DNA from: Isurus oxyrinchus
Lineage: Eukaryota
NCBI GenBank assembly: GCA_026770705.1
Contig: JANJGN010000004.1
Span: 191,952,001-192,016,000, forward strand
Reading direction: 5' to 3'
Length of the DNA: 64,000 nt
The notes under the pieces are model-generated. The model saw only the letters and a program-made list of their open reading frames with translations. It did no database searches and was not told where the DNA came from. Position numbers and translations under genes: made by a program. Positions 1 through 11,772 of this stretch are shown piece by piece. Positions within the stretch are counted from its first letter, which is position 1. The number at the start of each line of letters is the position of its first letter.

Positions 1-490
1 AACACACACGACCTTCTCTTAACAGAGGACTAATGGGTCTCAAATTGGTGAAGCTGAATAACCATCCACCATAGGATGGCACTACTGGGTGTTTGTAATG
101 ATCCCTCCAGATCACAGCAACCGTATACTGTTGTGGTTTGATACCCTTCACCTCCTTCTCCAAACACAACTATCGTTAAGATTAACATCCCCCACATTTC
201 CTGTGAAACAGAAAATAAAACAAAATTGCGCTCTGAGAGCAGATTTGTCACAGGTATGTTATAATTCCTAATTAAATCATGCAGTTTCGATTTTACATAT
301 ATTTGCACCTATATTTGAGCTTCTTCACTTATTTTCCTTGTACTCTCCCGCTCCTCTCTGGGGCGGGGTACGAGAGTGGGTCACTACTGTTTTTCCCTTC
401 TACGTCCTGCTCCTCTCTCTGGCGGTAGCAGAGTAGAGATCGTGAGCAGAAGCACTCAGGGGTCTATTTCCCCCGGATCATGGAAACACA

Positions 491-1116
491 GGGCCAAATT
501 TTACATTCGGCGTATGCATGCGTTCCGGCGCCATTGCGCTGTCTCGCAACATTTCAACTGGCGGCTGCGCGCCAAAGGTGGCTGTGTGCCCGCCAAGAAT
601 TGAAAGGCCTATTAAGTCCATCAACGAACTAATTAGTTTCAAATTTACGCTGCCCGTCCAACCCAACGGTTGGTGGGCAGTCGAAAAGGCCAAGCAGCCT
701 TCACGTTTTTTTAGGAAACCTCATCCATGAATGGGATAAGGTTTCCTAAAGCTCTTACAACCTAAACAAAAACTTTATTTGAAACATTAAAACAACCCCC
801 ATCTTATGTGACACAGTCACAAGAGGAGACACGTTTCGTTAAATTTTACTGTATATATATATATATATATATTTTTTTTAACAATCACTTCAATCTCCCT
901 GAGACAGCAGGAAGAGCGCTGGACCCAACTCTCCCTCCTCCCCTCACCCACGCAGGTAGCGCAGCATTACCGCTCATGTTCCTCGCCGGGCAGGCCTTAA
1001 TTGGCCTGCACCGCATGAAATCGCGGTGCGGAGCTGATTGCGGGCGGTGGTAAGCTCCGCCTCTCCCAACCCCCCCCCCCAGCCGAGCCCACCCGACCAA
1101 TGAAAAATCCTGGCCC
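491..1116. mobile_element. Harbinger-type MITE (non-autonomous)
   Basis: Ends GGGCCAAATTTTAC (491) and GAAAAATCCTGGCCC (1116) resemble the Harbinger TIRs at 1245/5671. Internal hairpin AGGAAACCTCATCC...GGATAAGGTTTCCT. A related copy lies in opposite orientation at about 11773-13015. No credible ORF. Confidence 0.7.
852..872. repeat. (TA)n microsatellite
   Basis: tatatatatatatatatatat read directly. Confidence 0.9.
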
Positions 1117-1215
1117 TAGAAAATAGGACCAGGAGTAGACCATTCAGCCCTTCGAGCTTGCTCTACCATTCAATATGATCATGGCCGACCTTCCATATCA
1201 ACACCGTACTCCCGC
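1117..1215 (-). mobile_element. CR1 LINE 3' end fragment
   Basis: Reverse complement matches the CR1 3' terminus seen elsewhere in the window (gatcatattgaatgg...gctcgaagggctgaatgg..tactcctg..cctattttcta). Confidence 0.7.
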
Positions 1216-1737
1216 TCAACTGGCATAGGGTAAATAAAGTCAAGGGGGCAGAATTTTCCCATTGGTGTGCGGGGGGGGGGGGGGGGGGGGGGGGCGGGCC
1301 CCGCACATATGCCCGTGAAATGACATGCAGTGATGTCGAGCAAGTGTCCCGGCCTCACCCCATGCCATCGCGATACTTCGTAGGGCGGGCGCAAGATGCT
1401 CTCCGATGCGCATCCGCCATTAAGTAACGGGTCACTTAGGGCCACTTAATCGTCCAGTCAACAGCGGTTTCTCGGTGCCCGGGTGTTGCGCAGGCGGGTA
1501 AGACACGTTCGTCTACACCTCATCCACGAGCGGGATAAGAGGGCTCAGTGGGGTCCCGGGTCTGCTCTGTCAAATATTAATGTTTCAAAGTTACGGATAC
1601 TTGCCTGTGTGATCTTCAATACTTCAAAATGCATACCAGCTGCTTGGTCTGGACTCACAACCCTCAGGTCAGCACTCTCCAGTGAGGAATCTTTTATTGG
1701 GCCTGTATGTTTCAGGAAGCCCTCCCTTAGCCTGGGA

Positions 1738-2973
1738 ATGGGAGCCGAACTCTCTGCTGGAGGAACCTCCTCTGAGGAGGAAGGGAGGGCTAGAATGAGG
1801 AGGAGGCCAGGAGTGCACATTCAGCCTCCAGGGGAGCCACCTTTGGGAGGACAGGCGCAGGCACAAGGGACACAGGGCCAAGAGGTAGTCCAAGGTGGAA
1901 GGAGCCACAGAAGATGCCACTATCCTGCTGCCAGGGTTTACAGGCGGTGAAGCAGCTACCTCAATATGTCTGAGGTGCAGTGCCGAAGGAGGCTCCGTCT
2001 CTCAAGGGAAACAGTCAACTATATCTGTCAGATGATTGGCCCTGAGATCTCCGCTAACTGTGTGGGTGGACACCCCATGCCAGTAGCTCTGAAGGTCACA
2101 GCTGTCCTCAACTTCTATGCCTCTGGCTCCTTCCAGGGGTTGGTGGGTGATCTTTGCGGTGTCTCCCAATCAGCTGTCCACACTTGTGTCAAGCAGGTTA
2201 CAGATGCTCTGTTCAGGTGTGTATTCACCTTCATCCACTACCATTGGGACCAGGCCAGCCAGACACAGTGAGCCAGAGGCTTCACAGCCATTGCTGGCTT
2301 CCCCTGTGTCCAGGGTGCTATAGACTGTACGCATGAGGCCATCAAGGCGCCAGCAGGTGAGCCCGGTGCCTTTGTCAACAGGAAGGGCTTCCACTCCATG
2401 AACGTGCAGATAGTGTGTGACCACAGGATGCAGATTCTGCAAGTCTGTACAAGGTACCCAGGCAGCTCCCACGACACCTACATCCTCAGACACTCCCAGG
2501 TGCCGGGGCTCTTCAGTGCTCCAGCCCGGCTGGATGGATGGCTGCTGGGTGACAAGGGCTATCCCCTCAGAAGGTGGCTCATGACACCTCTCCACCATCC
2601 AAGAACAGAAGCTGAGCAGCGGTACAATAGGAGCCAGGGCACCACAAGGGCTGTGGTGGAGAGAACCATCGGTCTTCTCAAGATGCGCTTCCAATGCCTG
2701 GACTGCTCAGGGGGCGCACTCCAGTACCCCCCAGATTGTGTGTCAGTGACAGTGGTTGCATGCTGTGCTCTCCACAATCTGGCGCTGGAAAGGGGGGATG
2801 CAGTGGACAATGAAGATGTCGATGCAGTGGCTGCGGCTGCACATGATGAGTCCAGCAGTCAATCCGAGGATGAGCACACACAGGGAAATGCTGAGGGTGT
2901 AGACGCTGACCCGGGCATACACCAGCAAGGCAGGGACATCTGGGATGCTTTAATCCAATGAACCTTCAGCTAG
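1738..2973 (+). pseudogene. Harbinger (HARBI1-like, DDE_Tnp_4) transposase with in-frame TGA stops at 1948, 2269 and 2959
   Basis: ORFs 1483-1950, 1966-2271 and 2398-2961 share one frame. Motifs LNFYASGSFQ, GAIDCTH, NRKGFHSMNVQIVCD, YPGSSHD, WLLGDKGYP, VERTIGLLKMRF. Confidence 0.92.
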
Positions 2974-3240
2974 CACACCACATATGGACCTCGAGGACAA
3001 GCCTGGGCTGTATGCTCCATATTCGAGACCTAAATGCAAAATCTGCCTGGTTAGGAACATTAGCTAAGGTCCTTGTAAATAAAGCTGAATGTCCCACAAA
3101 GCACTCATTACATTATTGGAAACCATCCACCTGCAGAACAAAAGAGGCACCCTTAGCCATGATGACATGTCTGAATGTAATATTGCAACCAAAGAAACTT
3201 AATGAAACAAAATGTAAAAGGTGTTAAAAATCACACTAAC

Positions 3241-5443
3241 TCATAAAGACCTCATTGTGGCCTTATGCTTATGTTTATGGGTGCTACATCTTGGTGCTGA
3301 CCCCTCACTGGGAGTGGCATCTGAGCCAGCCTGCTCACTCTGCTGTCCTGTTGGCCTCGATGACCTTGGTGGCCGTCCTCTGGCCTGTGGAGCCTGTGCT
3401 GGCCCTGCCTGGGAGGGAGCTGCCAGTTCCACAGCTGGCATCTCCCCAGTTGCTGCAGCCTCATTGGATGCTACAGTCACTGGCAGAGGGGCGAAGGAGC
3501 TGCCGCCCTCATCCAGAGCGCCCTGAGAGGAGCCCACAGAAACGACAGGCAGCTGCTGTACCAACTTCAGGCTCACCATGGACAGATGGGCACTGAGCTC
3601 GGAAACTTAGTGCCTAGACCATCTCCCAAATTGGCAATGCTGATGTGAGATACTTGCTGGTCTGATCTTATTCCCAGGAAGCCCTGATGGGTCTCCTGGA
3701 GGAGCCTCTCCATGAAAGTCACCACCTTCTCCATGGAGGACTCATGGCACTCAGAATGAGGCTCATTGCTTTGGCGATAGTCTGCATAGACTCCTCCATC
3801 ACGGACACTAAGCCAAGCATTGCCTCATGTATCTCCCCCAGATGCTCCCACATACTCGGCCGCATTTCCTGCCTCTGCTGCATCGTGAATGACTCCAGAG
3901 GCACATCGTCAGGCACCGACTGAGCATGTGCCTGGTACTCTGCAGCCATGGCAGTCTCTTGACTGCTGGTGCCATGGGCACTCCCTGTCTCTGCCAGCTA
4001 CTCCAGTGACTGTGAAGTGCCCTCACCGCTGTGCCCTGGGACACTAGCCGATGTTCTAATTCCCACCGAGGTGCTAGTATCTGCGCTGGTGCCTGCCTGG
4101 CAGAGATGGCGTGACACTTGGTGAGACTTCACGGCCCTCAGGTGGGAGAGGGGGCACCTTCTACCCCTCCTCCTGGCCCTGCTTTGCTGATGCTGAAAGG
4201 AAGAACAAGGACATGGAATCAGTTAACATGGAGACAATGTCAATGTGTATTCCTGTCCCCTGGATCATTGTTTGCTCATCCTTCCATAAGCAATGGTCAA
4301 GCCATGTTGAAAACTGCAATCACTGGACATTCAGCACTGCCATGGCTGTTGGGAGAACAATGGTGACCTCAGTGCTGGGCAAACATACCTGCTCGTGGTA
4401 CCCCCGCCTCACCCACACCGCTGGACCTGGGTGCATGGCGCTTCTCCAAATCTAGGGCCTCCTGCTCGATGCGGCTGAGAATCGCCAACTGTGCCGCCTG
4501 CCGAACAGTAATGCTCGGTGGCATTATGTGCGTTCTTCTCCTGAAAAGGAGAGAAGAGCATTGATTAGTGCTAATTGCATCTGGACTCTCTTTGCAGAAG
4601 GCCCACCCCAGCCAGAGTGGGACATTGCAGGATTCCAGTGTCTCCTCACCCTGCTGCTGCCGAACACTCACACAAAGATGCTAGGCCTGTCCCCACCCCC
4701 TCACCCTGCCCTTGGCCAAATGCTGACTACATCACATTAGGCACCACATGGTCGAACCTTCCATAGCAAGGAGGTGCAAGTGCGTGGACCACAGAGGACA
4801 GCAGGTCGATCGGTGCCACGCCACCTTGAAGCTTCCCTCCCAGCTTGTCATCACACTGACTTTGACATGTCCTGGAGTTCCAGCACTGCGCCTAGGAGCA
4901 GCCCCTCCAGGTTGCCCTCAAAACAGTCATGTGGGTCTCAGTGTACCACATGCTGCAGGTGCAGAACCCGTCTCTTCACCACCCTCTCAGGGTGACCTCG
5001 GCATGGGCAATATCTGCTGGCCCACCCAGAGAAGGACACACGCTGTCAATGATTCAATGCAGTCACTGCTCTCAGTTTGGCGGGGGCGGGGAGGGGAAGC
5101 CTACCTGCTGGGTTCAATGCCCGATGCCAACATGGTACCTACCCTTCCTGAGCGTTACATGTCGTTGAAGCGCTTGCGACTCTAGATCCAGGTGCACCGC
5201 ACCACGTCGTGGGAGCTCACCACCTCCACCACCTCCTCCCAAGCACGCTTGGTCATGTCAGGGGGGCCTTCTCCTCCCGTCCTGGGGTACGAGGACTTCC
5301 CGCTGTGCTGCCACTTCCGCGAGGAGGGCAGCAAGGCAATCATCGGAAAAACGAAGGGCCTGTGGCCCCCCCACCCGCTGCCCTACCCTCCTGCCTGGCC
5401 TGCTCACCCACAGTGCTCTCTGGGAAGTCCTTCCATTGGCCAC
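3241..5443 (-). pseudogene. Harbinger Myb/SANT-like DNA-binding gene, spliced (exons about 5443-5142, 4541-4390, 4191-3241), disrupted
   Basis: Reads RFSDDCLAALLAEVAAQREVL.../KRAWEEVVEVVSSHDVVRCTWI*SRKRFND followed by a GTAGGT donor. Acceptor ttttcag precedes EKNAHN. Low-complexity C-terminus (RGRPPRSS). Confidence 0.8.
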
Positions 5444-5671
5444 GTTTTGCAGCCTTGGAAGAAAGGTTGCAGCAACTTTTTAAAACAGGCCGCCGGGTCG
5501 CCTTTGGACCTGGTGCTCATTGCAGACCTGCTGCCCACTCCTGCTGTCTTGGGGAGCTGCCATTCACACTGGACGGACCTTAATTGGCGTCAAATGGCAG
5601 CGTGGACCCGATCGCAAGTAGGTCCGCGCCCGCTCCCGCTCTGCCTCCCTGCCAGCCAGAAAATTCAGCCC

Positions 5672-8120
5672 AAGGAGTTAAATGTGTGGCTCGGAGATTG
5701 GTATTGGAGGAATGGATTTCAGTTCATGGGGCACAGGCACCAGTACTGGGGTAGGAGGGAGCTGTTCTGGTGGGACGGGCTTCACTTGAACTGTGCTGGG
5801 ACCAGTGTTCTGGCGAACTGAATCACTAGGGCTGTAGCGAGGGCTTGAAACTATTAGAGGGGAGGAGGGTAGTGGAAGGGGAATATGCAGGCTTACAAAG
5901 CAAAAGGAAATGGCAGCCTTGCAGGGCAGCTATTTAGGTATTGATACCCAGAGTGTGACAGGAAGGGATAGAGTGCACAAACATAAAAAAAATCAGCAAA
6001 TAGGATCAAGGGGGTGGGGGTGGGGGTGGGGGTGATGGGGGGGAGGGAATGATAAAAAGGCAAGATTAATTGCTCTTTGCTTAAGTGCACATAGCATTCA
6101 GAACAAAATGACTGAATTAATGCCACAAATAGAGGTTAATGGGTATGATCTTACAGCCATTACAGAGACATGGTTATGAGGAGATCAAAGCTGGGAACTA
6201 AATATTCAGGGATATGTGACTTTTTGAAAGGACAGGCAGGAAGGAAAGGGTGGTGGGGTAGCTTTGTTAGTACGAGATGGAGTAAGTACAATAGCAAGAA
6301 ATGATCTTGGATCAGAAGATGTAGAATCCATTTGGTTGAAGGTAAGAAATAACGAGGGGAAGAAGACACTGGTGGGAGTAGACTATAGGCCCCTGAACAG
6401 TAGCTAAACTGTAGGACAGAGAATAAATCAGGAGTTAATGAGGGCATGTGAAAAAGGCAGCACATTAATCATGGATGGCTTTAATCTTCATGTAGATTGG
6501 GAAAATCAAATTGGCAGAGGTAGCCACGAGCAAGGATTCATAGAGTGTGTTCAGGACATCTTCCTGGAACAATTTGTTGTGGATCCAACCAGGGACCAGG
6601 CTATTTTTAGATCTTGTAATCTGCAATGAAGCAGGTTTAATAAATAATCTCAGAGTAAAAGATCCCATAGGAAACAGTGACCATAATATGGTAGAATTTA
6701 GCATTCAGTTTGAGAGTGAGAAACTTGGGTTGGAAACAACTGTGCTAAACTTAAATAAGGGTAATTACAAAGGAATGAGGGCAGAGTTGGCTGGAGTGGA
6801 CTGGGAAAGGGGTTTAGCAGAAAAGACGGTTGATGAACAGTAGTAGCTGTTTAAGAAAATAGTTCATGACTCGCAACGAAGATATAGCCCAGTAAGGAAG
6901 AAGGATTCAAGGAAGGGGATAAACTAACCAAGGAAGTTAAGGATAGTATCAAATTAAAAAAAATATACAGATAATGTGGCAAAGGTTAGTGGTAAGACAG
7001 AGGATTGGGAAAGTTTAAAAAAAAACAACAAAAGATGACAAAAAATGTAATAAAGAGGGAGAAAATAAACTTTTAGGATAAATTAGCAAATAATATAAAA
7101 ATGGACAGGAAGAGCTTCTTTAAATATATAAAAAGGAAGAGATAGACCAAAGTGAGTATAGGGCCCTTAGAGAATGAAGCTGGGGAGATAATAATGAGGG
7201 ACCAAGAAATGGCAGAGGAGTTGAATAAATATTTTGCATCAGTTTTCATGTTAGAAGACACTAATAGCATTCCAAAAATACTAAATAATCAAGGGGCAAA
7301 GGTGGGGAGGAAATAAATGCAATAACTATCGCTAGAGAAAAAATACTAGGGAAACTAATGGGGCTAAAGGCCGATAAGTCCCCTGGACCTGATGGGCTGC
7401 ATCCTATTAAAGGAAGTAGCTACAGCGATAGTGGATGCACTGGTAGTAATCGTCCAAGAATCCTTAGATTCTGGAAAAGTCCCAGAGGATTGGAAAACTG
7501 CCAATGTAACACCCTTATTCAAAATTGGCAAATAATATAAAAATGGACAGGAAGAGCTTCTTTAAATATATAAAAAGGAAGAGATAGACCAAAGTGAACA
7601 TAGGCCCCTCAGAGAATGAGGCTGGGAAAATAATAATGGGGAACCCGGAAATGGCAGAGGAGTTGAATAAATACTTTCCTTCAGTCTTCATGGTAGAATA
7701 CACGAATAGCTTTCCAATATTAAAAAATGAGGGGCTAAAGATGGGTAGGAATTACTTACAATAACTATCACTAGGGGAAAAGTACTAGGGAAACTAATGG
7801 GGCTGAAGCCGATAAGTCCCTTGGACCTAATGGGTTGCATCCTTGGTGATTAAAGGAAGTTGCTATAGGGATAATGGATGCATTGGTAGTCATCTTTCAA
7901 GATTCTGAAGCAGTCCCAGAGGATTGGAAAACTGCCAATGTAACACTCTTATTCAAAAAGGGAGGGAGACAAAAAACAGGTAATTATAGTCCTGATAGCT
8001 TAACATCTGTCATTGGGAAAATGTTAGTGTTTTATAAAGGATGTAATGCAGAGCATTTGGAATTATATAACCTAATCAAGAAGAGTCAGCATGGCTTCAT
8101 GAAGGGGAAATCATGCCTGG
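5672..8120 (+). mobile_element. CR1 LINE (ORF1 esterase end, ORF2 endonuclease and RT start), degenerate, with an internal duplicated segment
   Basis: DGLHLN in ORF1. AITETW-like, SDHNMVEF, KSPGPDGLHP, WKTANVTLLFKKG and QHGFMKGKSCL in ORF2. Confidence 0.9.
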
Positions 8121-8345
8121 CAAATGATTTCTGGCCCATCCTTGTCCTTTTCCATAACAACCTTGAATCTAATAGAGTTATGATCACTATCTGCAAAATG
8201 CTCCCCCACTGATACCTCTACATCTACCCGGCTTCATTCCCTAAAATTAAGTCCAGGACCACCCCATCCCTTGTAGGACCTTCTATGTACTGGCTTAAAA
8301 AGCTCTCCTGGATGCATTTTAAGAATTCCGCTCCCTCTAAACCTA
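8121..8345 (-). mobile_element. CR1 endonuclease fragment
   Basis: EFLKCIQESFLSQYIEGPTRDGVVLDLILGNEAG; same subfamily as 55100-55300. Confidence 0.8.
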
Positions 8346-8489
8346 TCTCTGGTGACTCCGGTGCGAACCCGCCAAACTGCCGATCGGAATGATGCGCAGT
8401 GATGTCGGCACACACGCCCAATGTCACCACACGTCATTTTACATGTCGGTGTGAGGAGCCTGCCCCCACACGCCGACCTGAACATTCAG

Positions 8490-9122
8490 GTCTATCAGTT
8501 TCAAGTCATGCCATTTGGTATGAAAAATCACGTGCAACATTTCAAAGACTGACAGACAAAGTAAATGCAGGTATGAACAATTGTGCTGTGTATATTGACG
8601 ACTTGATTGTTTTCAATCAGACGTGGGACGAGCATTTACAACGTCTGGAAGAATTAGTTACTGGATTACAAGAAGCTAATTTGGTGGTGAACTTGGCTAA
8701 AAGTGAATTTGCAGAAGTGCAAGTTATGTATCTAGGCTACACCATTGGACATGGTAAGGTGGCTTCCAGAGATGTGAAAATCAAGGCTGTTGTGGATTTC
8801 CCTGTGCCTACAACAAAGAGATTTCTGGGCATGAATGGGTTTTATCGGAAATTTGTACCAAATCTTAGCAGCGTGGTTGCTCCACTGACTGAACTATTGA
8901 AAAAGAACAAAAAGTTTCGGTAGGCACAGGAGTGTCAGGAGGCATTTAACAGTTTGGAAGCTGTATTAACTCTCACACCACTCTTGGCAGTACCCAATTA
9001 CGACAAGCAATTTAAGTTGGCCTTTGGCTCAAGTGATATAGGGATTGGGGCCATACTGTTATAAAAAGATGCCACTGGAATTGAAAAACTGATAGGGTAG
9101 TTTTCGTGGAAGTTGAATGTAC
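8490..9122 (+). mobile_element. Gypsy LTR retrotransposon pol fragment (RT / RNase H)
   Basis: ATFQRL, AVYIDDLIVF, NLAKSEF, YLGYTIG, RFLGMNGFYRKFVPN. Confidence 0.88.
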
Positions 9123-11240
9123 AATCTAAATACTTTGCAATTACATACTTTGTAATATACTCTATAATATTTTCCCAATAGCGAATGTTAAGCTAACTGG
9201 CTTATAAGTTACCTCTTTTTTGTCTCCCTCCCTTTTTGAATAAGGGTGTTACATTGGCAGTTTTCCAATCCTCTGGGACTTTTCCAGAATCTAAGGATTC
9301 TTGGACGATTACTACCAGTGTAACCTCTATCTCTGTAGCTACTTCCTTTAATATCCTAGGATGCAACCCATCAGGTCCAGGGGACTTATCGGCCTTTAGC
9401 CCCATTAGTTTCCCTAGTATTTTTTCTCTAGCGATAGTTATTGCATTTATTTCCTCCCCACCTTTGCCCTTTGATTATTTAGTATTTTTGGAATGCTATT
9501 AGTGTCTTCTAACATGAAAACTGATGCAACATATTTATTCAACTCCTCTGCCATTTCTTGGTCCCTCATTATTATCTCCCCAGCTTCATTCTCTAAGGGG
9601 CCTATACTCACTTTGGTCTATCTCTTCCTTTTTATATATTTAAAGAAGCTCTTACTGTCTATTTTTATATTACTTGCTAGATTACCCTCAAAGATTATTT
9701 TATCCCTCTTTATTATTTTTTGGTCATCTTTTGTTGTTTTTTAAAACGTTCCCAATCCTCTGGTTTACCACTAATCTTTGCCAAATTGTATATTTTTTCT
9801 TTCAATTTGATAGTGTCCTTAACTTCCTTGGTTACCCATGGATGGTTTATCCCCTTCCTTGAATCCTTCTTTCTCACTGGGATATATCTTTGTTGTGAGT
9901 CATGAACTATTTTCTTAAACATCTGCCATTGTTTATCAACCAACTTTTTTTTTTAAGATCCTTTCCAAATCCACTCCAGCCATCTCTGCCCTCATTCCTT
10001 TCTAATTACCCTTATTTAAATTTAGCACAGTTGCTTCCAACCTAGGTTTCTTACTCTCAAACTGAATGCTAAGTTCTACCATGCTATGGTCACTGTTTCC
10101 TGGGGGATCATTTACTCTGAGATCATTTATTAAACCTGCCTCGTTACACATTACCAGATCCAAAATAGCCTGATCCCTGGTTGGGTCCGCAACATATTCT
10201 AGGAAACTGTCCCGAATACACTCTATGAATTCTTGCTTGTGGCTGCTTCTGCCAGTTTGATTTTCCTAACCTACATGAATATTAAGGTCACCTATGATTA
10301 ATGTGCTGCATTTTCTACATGCCCTCATTATCTCCTGATTTATTCTCTGTCCTACAGTATAGCAAATGTTAGAGGGCCACCAGTGTCATCTTCCCCTTGT
10401 TGTTTCTTACCTCCACCCATATAGATTCTCTATCTTCCAATCCAAGATCATTTCTTGCTATTGTATTTATTCTATCTCATACTAACAAAGCTACCCCACC
10501 ACCTTTTCCTTCCTGCCTGTCCTTTTGAAAAGTCATATACCCCTGAATCTTCTTGTAACCTTGTCTATGTAATGGCTGTAAGATCATACCCATTACCTCT
10601 ATTTGTGCCGTTAACTTTATTTTTATTTATTCATTCATGAGATGTGGGGGTCGCTGGCTGGGCCAGCATTTATTGCCCATCCCTAGTTGCCCTTGAGAAG
10701 GTGGTGGTGAGCTGCCTTCTTGATGCTGCTGCAGTCCATGTGATGTAGGTACACCCACAGTGCTGTTAGGGAGGCAGTTCCAGGATTTGGATTTCCAAAA
10801 GTCGTTCATTTATTTCGTTCCGAGTACTACGTGCATTTATTTAAAGAGCCATTAATTGTGCCTTTTTACCATATTTTCCCCCTTTGACACTTTTTACTGC
10901 TTTCTTTTAATGTTTGTACACCCTCCCCCCCTCTATTTAGTTTGAAGCCTTCTCTACAGCCCTAGTTATTCAATTTGCCAGGACACTGGTCCCAGCACAG
11001 TTCAAGTGAAGCCTCTCCCACCGGAACAGCTCCCTTCTACCCCAGTACTGGTGCCAGTGCCCCATGAACTGAAATCCATTCCACCCACACCAATCTCTGA
11101 GCCACACATTTAACTCCTTGGCTTGGTGTGCCCTATGCCAGTTTGCCTGTGGCTCAGGTAGTGATCCCGAGATTGTTACCTTAGAAGTTCCGCTTTTTAG
11201 TTTAGCTCCTAACTGTTCAAATTCTTTCAGCAGAACCTCT
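9123..11240 (-). mobile_element. CR1 LINE (ORF1 end to RT start), inverted relative to 5672-8120; contains a family-B 3' tail insertion at about 10625-10790
   Basis: Minus-strand ORFs 9202-9405, 9713-9943 and 10970-11284 carry CR1 motifs. Confidence 0.88.
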
Positions 11241-11324
11241 GCTAAATAGCCTAACGAGTCCACAACCCCAGGGCCTCCAGTCAAGCCTCAAGGGACGTTC
11301 AGAAGAGGAATCTGCTGAAATCCT

Positions 11325-11765
11325 TGTTATGGCACGGCTGATGGTGAATGTTGAGCTGCCCAACTCGCATGAATCTGCTGCCAAAATGTTCTTTGCGATT
11401 TGTATAGTGTGGGGAGGTGCTGAAATCAGGAAATGATGTCTCTGACTACTGGTGGTGATCTTATTGTAGAGTAAATATTTATTAAAAGAATAAAACAACA
11501 ACAAAAAAACACAATTACACTTCAACACAAGAGTGGCTGCACACACAAAATAGTACTTTAAAAACAGTTCCACAGATTCTTAACTTAACTACCCTCGGAG
11601 CTAACCGTTCCCTTTTCTGTTTGGCAACTAATCCTTGTAGATTTCAAAGTCTATAGAATTCCAGTAATTTTTAACCACACGGTGCCTTTTGTCCCTTGGG
11701 GTGCCCCTGAAGCTGGCAGCAACCGGCTCTCCCGGTCTGGCCTTTTTTCACACCGGGCTGCATCT
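11325..11765 (-). mobile_element. Gypsy LTR (partial), homologous to the LTR at 19847
   Basis: Begins TGTTATGGCA on the + strand and aligns by eye with 19847-20270 (gaaatcagga.atgatgtctctgac.actggtg; gtgcctttt.t.ccttgggg). Confidence 0.75.
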
Positions 11766-11772
11766 TACCCAA

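Larger units (their letters stand above)
1245..5671 (+). mobile_element. Near-complete PIF/Harbinger DNA transposon (transposase plus convergent Myb/SANT gene)
   Basis: TIRs (G)GGGCAGAATTTTC and GAAAATTCAGCCC. 3-bp TSD AAG at 1242-1244 and 5672-5674. Removing the element restores a CR1 ORF1 frame NWHRVNKVKELNVWLGDW. Confidence 0.9.

Noticed and set aside
26-253. Plus-strand exon bounded by ttaacag| and CAG|GTATGT
   Set aside because: Stop codons in all three frames and no recognisable product
1738-2973. Domesticated HARBI1 host gene, or TGA recoding (selenocysteine or readthrough)
   Set aside because: It lies within TIRs and a TSD alongside a disrupted Myb partner gene. The TGAs are best explained as CGA>TGA decay.
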